Source: Blastocystis sp. subtype 4 (lineage: Eukaryota). From it: 64,000 nt of DNA. The notes below the pieces were generated by a model, which was given only the letters and a program-made list of their open reading frames with translations, had not been told where the DNA came from and made no database searches. The stretch covers positions 1 to 64,000 of the forward strand of contig NW_014569539.1 in NCBI RefSeq assembly GCF_000743755.1. The letters run 5' to 3'. Within the stretch, counting starts at the first letter, position 1. Every line of letters starts with the position of its first letter. The translations under genes and the position numbers were made by a program. Of this stretch, positions 13,862 to 25,506 are shown piece by piece.

Positions 13862-15976
13862 TTAATCCACTTTGATGTTTTTAAAGATGCGACGGACAAA
13901 TACCTCACTTGCCGCTGATGCAATATATCCACAGAATAAGGAAACAACACTCACCAACAATAACTAGATATCATTCCCTACAATAATCACTCACCGATTC
14001 TGCGAAGAAGTATGCTGCTTGAACAACTCCATTCATCTCCGTCTTGTATAGATAGAAGTAGATACAATACAAAAAGAGATAAATACCAATAGATGCTCCA
14101 CTACCAAATGACACCCATCTCCACTGATAGTTTTCTGCATTCAATAAGATATATGTACCCACAATGCTGACACATACTTGAATGATGATCAGAATCACTA
14201 CATCTTATTCTGTATTATACTCCTCACATAGCATGCAAGCAAGGAAACCATATACGTAATAATACTTATATGACCATATCGAGGCAAAGATAAAGAAGAT
14301 TTCAATGAATATGGACCCAAAGGGCAACAAGCCACTTACCAGACAAATGAATCGTGGTCGTGCATAGAAGGCAGCAGGAGGAATTGGACTTGGTAATGAG
14401 GCTACTCGACATGGATTATTAGGATTCCCTTTGAGAGAACGACCAAGAATAGTACCAAGTGTATGAAGAGGAAGACCAAGGAATAGAAGTGATACAAATA
14501 ATGTCAGGATATTCCGGAACGGGAAGTGTTCTAATGCTCCATAAGCCATTGAGACTAAACACAAGAACGAATATGCGATAATCACAATCACTAACAAATC
14601 ATGATCACAATTCTCACTTACAAGGAATGGAGAAACAGCCTTCCATCATCACACGTTGCCATAAAGGCGATGTTCGTGGGAAGAAGGCTTGCTTGTAGAT
14701 AGAGCCAGCAACATATCCATTGACAGCAAAACCAATCACGTACACCACAATTGTGATGGTAAGCACACTATCGTCTACTGATTAGAATCATTCTTGTATC
14801 TCTCACGTCCTAAATAATGACCAGCTATCAAGATGCATAATAGAGAGACAATCAATGTAAAAGACACATGGGCTCCGTCCCCCATCAATATGGCATACAT
14901 ACGAAGATGTGAACAAGGTCGAAAGACATCTCCATGAATTCGTTTCCAACCACTATCATCACGCATTGTCATATCAATTGAATCTTCATCATACTGTTGA
15001 GAATACCGGACATAGTCCAGACTTAGTGTACGCATCATGATTAGAGCAACAAGACCAGCTAAGAACACAACAATCATAAAACTGTTGAAAATACTGAACC
15101 AATGAATTTGAGACTCGAAGAAGTTGTATTCCAGATATCGATTGAATCGATCTTTGAAGGGAATAGTGGACTTGATGAAGGTGATGGATGTAGTGATCTT
15201 TAGAGGTGTACCTACCTCTACCACACGTGGATTAGACGAAGTCATATTCACCTCCACGATCTGATCTCCATTATAACCCAAAGTGAACAGACGATGTGTG
15301 TAAATACGTGCTTTTCCTGGAATCACTTCATGATGACTCTACAACTTCAATGTGAGGAATATCATATACTCCCTTCTTTTCCATCTCTTCGATTTCCTCT
15401 TCGGACATATTCAGATCTCCTACTTTGGCCCAGATCGGAAGACCATCAATCTCCAACTACAGTCCATCTCAAGATAATGCCATACTTGGTACCAGTAATG
15501 GTTAAAAATCGCCTTTTGCAATCTATAAGCACCATCTTCTGACAAGTTCCTATTTGTCAATCAGTTACACAACTACCACATTTCACATAAAAACTCATTT
15601 TCCGTATTCTTAAGGAAGGAGAAAACAATTCCAGAGTTCTGCAACTGCGTTCCTTCAATTACTTCGGAAATACCTCCCTTCTATTCAGAATCAAAAAATC
15701 CTTAGAATAACTAACCTTTGTCTTCAATCCTTCAGGAAGATCAGGTCTGCAGAATGGAAGAGAAAAGTAGTCATATGTTTCATGAGGGTTGTGATAAGGA
15801 CCAATCTACAATTCACTATCGAGATATTTCACGAACGCGGTTTGTCCAAGCATAGAATTGATCACCAGGTTTGTACTAATCGTCAATTTTACACAACCCT
15901 TTCATACGACATGTGAAGCCTCATTACAGTTACACACTACGAGCACAAGGCCCAGTAAAACAGGAAACGCGCTCAT
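13862..15976 (-). CDS. Transmembrane 9 superfamily protein (nonaspanin, TM9SF3-like)
   Basis: Signal peptide; GPYHNPHETYDYFSLPFC, IHWFSIFNS, SGWKRIHGDVFR, GLLPFGSIFIE; C-terminal NIKVD*. Confidence 0.95.
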
Positions 15977-16069
15977 TTCCCTCTTTCTTTGCCAAACAAC
16001 TTCAACTGCAGAAATAGTTCCTATTTCCGCTCCACTTACAGTATGATCCCAATCGAACAAACAAATGTA

Positions 16070-17097
16070 TTAAGGACATATAGACTCATCTGAAAGCGAT
16101 TTCGAACACTTCTCAGTCACATAGCGTAGGATTCCTTCATTCACAGTACTAACAACATCATCGCCACATTCTGGTTCTTCTGGCCTAGTATCCCACTCAA
16201 TTTCCTTGGACTCAGGAATGTACATGATACTCGTTGAATGAAAAGAATCGAATAGATATCGAAGTTTATCATCTTTATATGTGGATTCCATAATAGGAAT
16301 GTCCTCAAAATATGCAAGTAATCGGAAAATGCAATTTGAAGGATGCTTTCGTTTCTCTTCATTGAGAATTGTACTTTCATAACGCGAAAATGAGTTTCCA
16401 ATGATTGTAACCATTTTTACTGTTGATCCCCAATTACTCCAAAGTAACGAATTATATCTATTTGTTACTCTGTCATAATCATACAAGTCAAAACTACAAT
16501 GAGGCATAAAGAACAGGGTTTCTTCGGCCACTTTTCGCTTTCCTTTTTCATTAACGGTGAGGATAGTATTTCCAAAGTGACTAACTATCTTTGCATCCAT
16601 CTACTTCACATCTGTAATCATTGTACAATACATAGTCCATAGCAGGATCAAAGATCTCAATAGGTTTTGATATTTGAAGAAGAGAGTGGATCTCTAGAAT
16701 ACAAGCATATTGATATTGTGAGACTAATGAGTGATGAATACAACCAATACCCAGTGCAACAATAGACTGAATCACGGGTCTCTAGAGTTCATCAGTAACT
16801 GGAAGTCTCACTTTCTTCAATTCTTCAACCATTTTGCGAAAGAAGTCGTATTCAACGAATACACGTCTGAGAGAGCTAATAGTGTTGATACATGCAGTAG
16901 TGTCAACTGTTTCATCATCAGGACTATTTCTTCACTCAAATATACAATTTGTACCCAAAATAATTATTGACCTTGGCTTTTAACCCAGCAAACATTGCAT
17001 TGGTCGATGATGGACATCTACAACATAACCATTTATTCCTCATTTCTTTCTTGTTTTTGTTTCCTCTCTTCGCCTTCACAACAACAAAACCATCCAT
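16070..17097 (-). CDS. SRR1-domain protein
   Basis: IVALGIG, YQYACIL, IFDPAM, TLFFMPHC, LLWSNW, IIGNSFSRY. Confidence 0.85.
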
Positions 17098-17127
17098 CTT
17101 GAGAACAAATGTGGCAACAAACAGACG

Positions 17128-18202
17128 TACCAATATTTCTTCGCTATCCATATTCCAAATACAAATGCTATTACCATTCCTACCAACAGCTGAAACATCG
17201 TGATTCCAGTATAAAGAGGCAATGGATCCTTCAGAACCGTTTTGCTGTCGTGAAGATGATCGCTTTCATCATTTGAAAGGTGTGTATCTGTATGGAGGAT
17301 TTCCAGTTGCTTTTGGGAAACCTGATATTTCTTCAATAATTCATCTGCAAATTCCTTCAATTTGGTATGAGCAATGGTGAGTTTCTTGAATTCATCTTCC
17401 AAAGAGAAGTATTGGGCACTCTATTTATTCAAAATACACTATTGATAGTAACTGTTGGAGTATCTGCAGCAGATTCTGCAGGTTGATTAGGAACAGAAGC
17501 GAGATTCGAAGGATCATCATTGAATTTTGGGTGTATTAATGAAGGAAACCTATGCAGCATACTGTGTGGATATAGATTAGTCGTACAGATAGAAGGAGTT
17601 GCTTAATGGATCCCTTTTCTTCCATATTCCACTATAAATCACAATCTAAAGCTGATTCATACTCGTTTATTCAAAAGATCCATGAGTTCAGCTTCAGGAG
17701 CATCTTTGACTTTGTCGAAAAAGAGTTGAGAAATCTCCAATATATTAAATTGGAGTTTAAAACTACAAATAATGAGAAAATGGAAGCCCCACTGTTCTTC
17801 TTTTCGTTTCATGTTCTTTGCTATAGAGATCAGGGTATCCACATTAGCAGAACGGATTGAAACTACTACTAAATCCTTTTCAACAGATTCACCTTCAATG
17901 TCTCTGGTATCGTTGCTTCCTAGCACAAACAGAGATGGGTTAGCAATGATGTGCTTTCCCGCATTTGATTTCATTTTGATCACCATCTACACATAACTCT
18001 AGCTTGACAATCATCCACAATTTTTCCACTCACATTTGTTGCATGGATAATGCCTGTACTGGAAGATCCACTTTCCACTACTCTTCATGTCACGAAAGCA
18101 CATTTCACGTTTCAGTTCAAGTACCTTATCTGGGCTAAGCTGTAGAATTTGGTTTCCTTCCGAATCCATTGTTAATGAAGGATTGATTGACCTCAATCCC
18201 AT
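17128..18202 (-). CDS. VAP-like protein (MSP domain, coiled coil, C-terminal TM anchor)
   Basis: LQLSPDKVLE and IKMKSNA..IIANPS beta-domain, coiled coil, tail anchor FQLLVGMVIAFVFGIWIAKKYW; start may instead be 18169; stop probably formed by poly(A). Confidence 0.65.
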
Positions 18203-18341
18203 GATTCTTTTCTATCTCTGAAGATATGTAGAGAATGTCAATAAGCAAGTGGATTTGTAATCCATATCAGTTGGTTTCTTCTTCTCAATGGAACCATCAG
18301 AAAGAGAACAAATGGTAATTGAAACAAATATACAGTAGCAA

Positions 18342-18653
18342 TTACTTAAGACTGGGATCATCCTCCTTGGCATGTTTGCACCACTTCTGACTGAGGATAT
18401 GACGGGTAGGAGCGATAGGTCTTCTCTACGAAAGATGAGACACATTCACAACCTCAAAGCTACCTCCAGATTGATAGAAGCCATGAACACAGGAATGCAA
18501 CAGGCAAACGCAACTACTGCAGCTATCTTGGTATTGCGCTTCCAATTGACATTTTGGCCCCACCAACCTCCAGCGGGAGACCAGACATACTTAGGATAAC
18601 GGAAAGGCTATAACATGATCAAACATAAACATTCCAACAGTTCCTCCACTCAT
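18342..18653 (-). CDS. Complex I accessory subunit (NUUM-like)
   Basis: Spliced MSGGT-PFRYPKYVWSPAGGWWGQNVNWKRNTKIAAV...RRPIAPTRHILSQKW; resembles the fungal YPKxVWSPxGGW small subunit; absent from the ORF track. Confidence 0.75.
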
Positions 18654-18829
18654 TACTTGCGAATTAAGTGAGTATGTTGAGAACGAATGATTTCCCGAAA
18701 TAGTCGCTATTACGTATTGACACTCATTTCGACTCTCTTTCGCTTTTTATTGTTAGTGGAACCGCTTGGACACCATTGTAAGGTTCCAGTCTTATTCATT
18801 CCATTCTTGTGTTTTGGAAGAGAGTGCCC

Positions 18830-19585
18830 AATGAATGCTTCTTCAGGTGATTTCGAGCTTCCAGCTTCATTTGGAGTACAAAGACAACAGATGCGTTGAT
18901 TTCGTGATACTCTCTGTAATTCGTAGGAACTCCTTCTAAAACGAACTTAAATCAGATTCATTCGATAAAAGAAATAAAAAACAATCATATCAAGATCATG
19001 GAAGCGCACAAGTCTATCTGGTTTCAACTGAATGTATTCGAATTCTGTACTCTATCAGTAATTATTTAGGAATTTGGAGCTGAGAATCTACTTCGATTAG
19101 AGGAGTTAGGTCATTCTACACTTGAAGTGGTATCGGGTAGTTATTTTCACAAACGATGGCTTGAGGTAGAGATGTGGAGGAATTGAAATCTCTAGTTTAA
19201 GGAGTACATGGATTCGTATGATGAAGAAGCTGATATGGTAGAAGAAAATAGTACGGAAAGAGATTCTAGTAAATGTGTAGAAGTCGTTACAGTAACAAAG
19301 ATGGATGTGATCCAAAAACAATTAGATGATTTGAAGGTTCTGATAATGTACTGTGTTAAGTTGTAGGCTCGAATGGACATGATTCATAAAGATTTGGAAA
19401 GGAAGAATGCACAAATCGCTGCTTTCAAAGAAAGTGTCGAACAGGAGAATCGTCGAACTTCAATTGCTCCTGCTGAACTCGATGATGAGAATGATGCTGT
19501 AAAGAAGGAAGCAGCAGCAAGGAAAGCTGTTCTGGAAGAGATGATGGCTCGTCGTCATCCAACAGGACTCGATGAAAATGACTAG
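18830..19585 (+). CDS. Hypothetical coiled-coil protein (exon structure uncertain)
   Basis: Last exons encode a charged heptad-rich segment (DMIHKDLERKNAQIAAFKESVEQE); GT-AG intron-like spacers upstream. Confidence 0.4.
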
Positions 19586-19612
19586 TGTTTTCTCTTTCTT
19601 AACAAACAGGAA

Positions 19613-20625
19613 ATAGCGGATGAGCAATCATATTCGATAATGAGAATTCACAATTGGAATCTGGAAACAACTCAAATGGACGTCCAGTTTCAGTCTCACA
19701 CAATACATTGGCGTTTTCTGTCAATCCAACAATCCGTAACTTACGAACTCCATTATTGATATCAATACAATCAATGACACTCTGGTAATGTGCCCATTTT
19801 TCATAATATTTAGACAACAGGAATGTATAGTCTCCGCTGTCGAACATGTCCACAAAGGATCGAATATACCTCAGGCATGCTACTAGAACAGGCGTTCGAG
19901 GAATCATTTTGTTCCATTGAAGAAGTGTCTTCAAATTTGGTTTGTTTGTATTGTTCATGTTAATTCCAATACCAACAACAACATATGTATCATCCATCCC
20001 CTGTGAAGTTTCACTCAGAATACCACATATTTTATATTCGTTCGCATATACATCATAGGGCCAATGAATGCTTATTTCGAATCCCTATTTCTAAGTATAT
20101 TACTCAAATTGTACTGGGTGTGGAATAGTTTCATCTAATGCGAGTGCAACAGAGAGAGCACAGATATGTGGAGCGAATTCAACTAGATTTTTCGTCGTAG
20201 CCAGTTTAATGGAGAATGTCAATCCACCAAAAGGAGAGTCCCAAACATCCTTGTTACGACACCGGCCTCGAGTTTGCAGTTCTGAGACACATACATTGTT
20301 CGTTACAGGTCCTTCATGTTCAAGTAGAAACTTCTGGGTTGTCTCCAAACACTTGAAATAGGATAATGTATACGGGGCAAAGGAATCTCGTTGTCTGGAT
20401 AACTCCTCAATGCAGATCTCTTCAGGGTTTTCCATTCGATTCACGAAGTTTGTTCCATCTCTCTCAACAACGATTGCTGTCAATTCTTTTTCTTCTAGAA
20501 GTTGATGGACAATCTTTACAAATACTTGTTCTACTCAGAATCTTTCTCATTTCAAAGTAGCGAGTCATTTCTTCTTCTTGTTGCTTTGTTTGCCCGATCT
20601 AGGTAATGACACCTCTTCTGGTCAT
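19613..20625 (-). CDS. Biotin-protein ligase (BirA/HCS family; start approximate)
   Basis: QTRGRCRNKDVWDSP, I-WPYDVY...KICGIL, VVGIGIN, C-terminal SH3-like GLTENANVL. Confidence 0.85.
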
Positions 20626-20721
20626 CTTACAAAGAGAAATGAATCTGAATCACTTAAACAACTCATGATTAATTCATGAACAAACAACCAAACCTTGAAT
20701 GATCCTCAAACAAACAGTTCC

Positions 20722-23071
20722 TTAGAGTTTTTCATTTAAACGAGATATCTTTATGCGGACATCACGCAATTTATTCTTCAATTCGGTGACCTGTAGTTAA
20801 GTTCCCTATTCATCCAGGCTTAAGGATATCTTTCTATCATTTGCAGTGTTCCACCGCAACATACTCCGAGAGAGAACACGATCCAAAGACTCCTCCAAAT
20901 CCCATAATCTATTTGTTATTGTTCCTTTTCTCACTCACTTGCTAAAGAGATCTTCTATACAACCGTCATTCATCACTGAGGAAGTGCTCGAAGGAGTGAT
21001 CTGGCGAGATGCTGTGTGACTCCGAGGAAGAGTCGTTACAGGTAGTTGATTACGAGTCACAGTGACTGGTATACGTTCGGTTCCTACAGATCTGGGTCGA
21101 GGTTGTTTCGGAACCAGATTAAAACAATACTTCATGATACCATCATAGACAATAGTATTTGGCGTATCACATTTTTGATCCATTCCTCGCATGGTCACAC
21201 CTTCTTTCATATAATGCTTGACAACAATTGAGGGAGATGTGTTGTAAGGGGGAAGACATGCTACTAATGTAACATGAGCATTCCGAATGAAAGGACGTAA
21301 ATACAGAGTCAGTTTACTATCACGGAATGGCTTGCGCATACCAGGAGCTAACAAATGATTTAGAGTCTGCGATCAGAAAGGAATAATCATACATACCATC
21401 AGAGATGTAGTAGATTCTGGATTACGCGTAAGAGTAATGGAAGGACTAACACCAGAAGTTGAAACAGTAGGAAGGAAACGATCACATGGTGGTAGGAGAA
21501 CAAGTGAAGTACGAGCCACCTACATCAGAATCATAATAAGTTCCTACAAATTGTCCTTCATAGTTAATGATCTGACCCACACATACAATAGCATCCTTCC
21601 ATCCATTTCCTCGATTCTTCATTGCCACATGTAGTACACTCCGTATATCATTCTTGTTACAAACACGATATGATTTGATACCTCGTCCAAAGATAATTGT
21701 TCCACTATCAATCATTTGTCGTTTAGCTCGATCTGATAGCATATCATACACACATCCATCACATATACTCCATACACTCAAACACAAACTCCAACCATCA
21801 TTCTGCTTAATAACACTCAGAACATTTGAAAGGACAGTCACACAAAGCCCATCCTTCTCACTCATCGAATCTCCTTGCAATACATCTTCTGAATGACCAC
21901 AGAACACTTCAGATGCCCGAGAAGCCAGTGAATGATACAAAAGATAAGTCAGATGGCCTCCTGACAGTAACTTAGTCAATTGGGGAGTAATTGCAGTTGT
22001 TATATCTGAAACTCCCTGTTCGATATTACAAGCAGGTAGAATGGAAGCAAATGAATATGAATATTGTGATGAAGTGACAACAGAGTGATGTAAGTCGATT
22101 GATGGTAAGGATGCAGCTCCCAATAACATAACTTCTACTACCTGATAGATAAACCCAGCTCCTTTCACCTACACTCTGGTTCTGAGGGTCCTCATACACA
22201 CCACCACTCATCTCCTGTAAACCATCTAAGATCGAACACTCGCAAATTGGTTCGAGGGTAGTTGACTTACTTTCATTACCTTGATTAACAGTCACTAGGA
22301 CCGTAGAACGACCTTGAGAACCTATAGTCTGCTTCATTACAGAAGGCGTCGGATGAAATTGGGAAGAAGACGTAACTGCCACTGTACTCCTACTACAAAT
22401 TATGAGGAATGAGGAATGATACTAGAATTTTGAAGAATTAGGCCTTCCATCTTTCTTATTCGCAACATCAAACGTTGTGAAAGGAGCATCAACTTCAATA
22501 TTCACCGTATTCATTCCATAAACGGACTGATTTGTTTTAGAGACTATTTGGAGAATGTTACTACTGTCCAAGACTTGATTTGTATTATGCGACATCATCA
22601 GAGATTTACGTAGTCGAACTGTATTGGGCCGTTCCAAGATGCTCTCTCGTCTATGAGTCATCGATTACTACATTCCACTCACACTTCATTAGGAGAAGCG
22701 CTAGAATTCTCTTTAATCTACGATATTACTCTTAGCTATTCCATTACAAAATCTTTTGCTGAAGCAAATACTTCCATCATGTCATCGTAATCAACTTCAC
22801 AAATGATATCATCTATCCTTCATAGATTCAAATTATGCTCACAAGCCATGATTTCTTCTTTCGAAGTATGCAAGAAATCATCAATCGTGTATATCCCATG
22901 ACTGTAGAACTTGTCTTTGTAGGAAGTGAGATCTATGTTTTACATTTATACATGAATTGTACTAATTGTGCTCAACAAGATTAGGAACATCTCCTTTCCA
23001 TTTCCCTCTGGATCTACATCTGGAGAGATGTGCTCAACAGAATCTTGAAGAAAGCTCTGCTTCTCTTCCAT
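20722..23071 (-). CDS. Divergent kinesin-like protein with N-terminal SAM-like segment
   Basis: KPFRDSKLTLYLRPF..VTLVACL matches the kinesin L12/alpha5 motif; LSVWSICDGCVYDML; no GxxxxGKT. 5' exons give LTSYKDKFYSHGIYTIDDFL. The single-gene model is inferred. Confidence 0.5.
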
Positions 23072-23133
23072 CGCTTTATAATAATCATTCAGGATTATAA
23101 AACCCCGAGCATGTTCAAGAAACAAACAATCCA

Positions 23134-25222
23134 CTACCTCTTTCGTAATAACAACACAACAAAACCAATATTCAGAAGAGAAAAATAAAGTAAGATAATA
23201 AGTCGGAAGGTAGGAGAGCGTAGCATCAACTGAATAGCCGACAGACTCACCTCGTCACAGTCATCAATTTTTGACAATACAATACTTGGAAGACCATCAG
23301 GAAGAATCCTAGAAATGCTTCGAGGATGTGCCTTCTCCTCACTATCGCCCTCCTCCACATCTTTCCAGCCATCATCTTCTCTCCTATCACTCATACTCTC
23401 CATCCACACTTACCAGCTGCGCCGCATACTTTCACTCCTTGCTTTGTCTCTTAGCGCATCAGCCAAGCGATACTCCAATGCACTCTTCTCACTATTCACT
23501 GCATCAAGCATCAACTGTTTCTTTAACACAGTCTGCTGTAGTTGTTCAAGTTGAGACTGAAGCAGATTCAACCCATTCTCTTTGGTCTGTTGTCGCTGTG
23601 ATTCCTGTTGTTCCAGAGAATCAATCTGATCTTGAATTCAATCATTGCAGCTACCTTCTGCTGTTGTGCTACAAGCTTCTCTTCATATTCCTGGATCGTA
23701 GTTCTCATTTCCTCCTCTATGGAGGTCTTGGCATGCTGTAGTTGTGTATTCTCTCTCACAATCCGTTCCTTTTCACCTCGCACTTTCAGTAATTCACGTT
23801 CTGTAGTCGTCAAGCGATCTTCCATTTGCTGGGATGAATCCATGTGTGAATCCAAACGAAGCTAGATATTATGACTGAGAGACTACAGTACACTCTCGTC
23901 CAACTGTTTCTGAGAAGCCGTCAATGAGGCAGTGAGTGAACTAATCGATGCCTCTTGGTCTTTCAATTGGCTTCGAAGACGATCCTCCTGCTGCTGATGT
24001 GTTGACTGTTGCTGTAATAACTGATTTCGAAGAGATTCATTCTCTTCCATCAACCGTTTTAGCTGCTCCTGAATAGCACTAGCTTCCTTCTCACTTTGTT
24101 TCAGTGAGCGTTCTCGCTTCGCCTTCTCTTCGCCAATACTCAGTTGGAGCTTATAGTACTCTGCCTTGTTACTCTCAACTTGAGATTGAAGTTGCATGAT
24201 CAGTGCATCTTTCTCATCTAACAAAGTCTCTGTTTTGTCTTTATCTCGGTCAATCTAAATTTCATTTTATCTTCACTTTCTTACTTCAATTCGCATCACT
24301 TTGATCTTATTCTCCAATAAATCGATCCGATTCTCTTTCTCTTCCAACGACTTTCTCAATAAACGGCAATCTTCTTCTCGAACACTCAATTCCTGCTCCA
24401 CTTCCTCCAACTGGTGACGTAGCTCTTCAACATCACTATCTATCATAGAACTGCACAAAAAACAACATATCCGATATTGGTGGTAAGTCTAACTGGGCAT
24501 TTTCCAATAGAGTCACTGCTAAAGGTGACTCTTCCGGAACATCACGGGGTTCTACACTCGCTGTTATATGGAGTCCAACTTCTCCTTCAAGTTCTCCCCA
24601 TTCGTGAGATCCTCTTTTCCTTTCCTCGAATACTGGAGGAACGACAGCAAGTTGCGATGGTTGAGGAGACGGAGTTGGATGTGATGTGCTGGAACCGGCG
24701 TCTGGTCTCTCACCCTACACTTAACAACAACAAGTGAAATCACATTTGGCAATTGTTCTGATGTACAACGTTTGTGCGATACCTTTATCTTACAAACGAG
24801 TTCATACAAATTACATTGTCATCCGAGTTTAATGTTGCCATCAACGAAGCAACATCTATATCAACACGTTTCGTTTCTACAGGTGGTGTATATGTTACTG
24901 GTTTTATCGAATTCACAGTTAGCTGAGAAGAAACCGGTTTTCTTAAACGCGGCTGCCAATGATGAATGTTAATGAATCCTACATTTCTTGTAGAATATCG
25001 CTCTCGGTCACGACCAGTACTCAAAGAAGTATCATCAGTATTGCGATTCTCGGAGGATCTAGCTACTAATAGATAGGATCTAAATTACCTTGGCTTATAT
25101 GATGTTGAAGTATTTGAAGCTAACTCTTACGAGTAAAGGCAATCCTTACCATTTACAGATCGGTCTGCACGTTGATCTACACTTTCCAAAAACTCTCCAG
25201 CAATCTGAAAGATACGATTCAT
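23134..25222 (-). CDS. Golgin-84-like tail-anchored coiled-coil protein
   Basis: N-terminus MNRIFQIAGEFLESVDQ; long coiled coil; C-terminal LRSPTFRLIILLYFSLLNIGFVVLL typical of golgin-84/CASP. Confidence 0.75.
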
Positions 25223-25506
25223 AGGATTAAGTTGTATCGATTCCAAATTCTGCCTATTATTAGGAATCATAATCCTCTCATTATTTGGAATCAACTACTC
25301 TTTGTTGTTTCAAGTGAATGTGGAATTCTGTTTGATATTGATTCCATTGACTCAAATCATAAAAAGAAATAATAACTGAGAATAGTACTAGAGTATTGTC
25401 AAAAGAATGGGATCCCGCGGGAAATTGTAATTGAGGGGGGAATTGTCAAGCCAGAAATCGTGCCAATTATTCTGTTATTCTTTTAGTTAATAAACTGCAA
25501 ATACGA

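Noticed and set aside
949..25222. Fragmented ORFs read as pseudogenes or an alternative genetic code
   Set aside because: Where checked, the breaks are explained by ~30-nt GT-AG introns that restore conserved motifs
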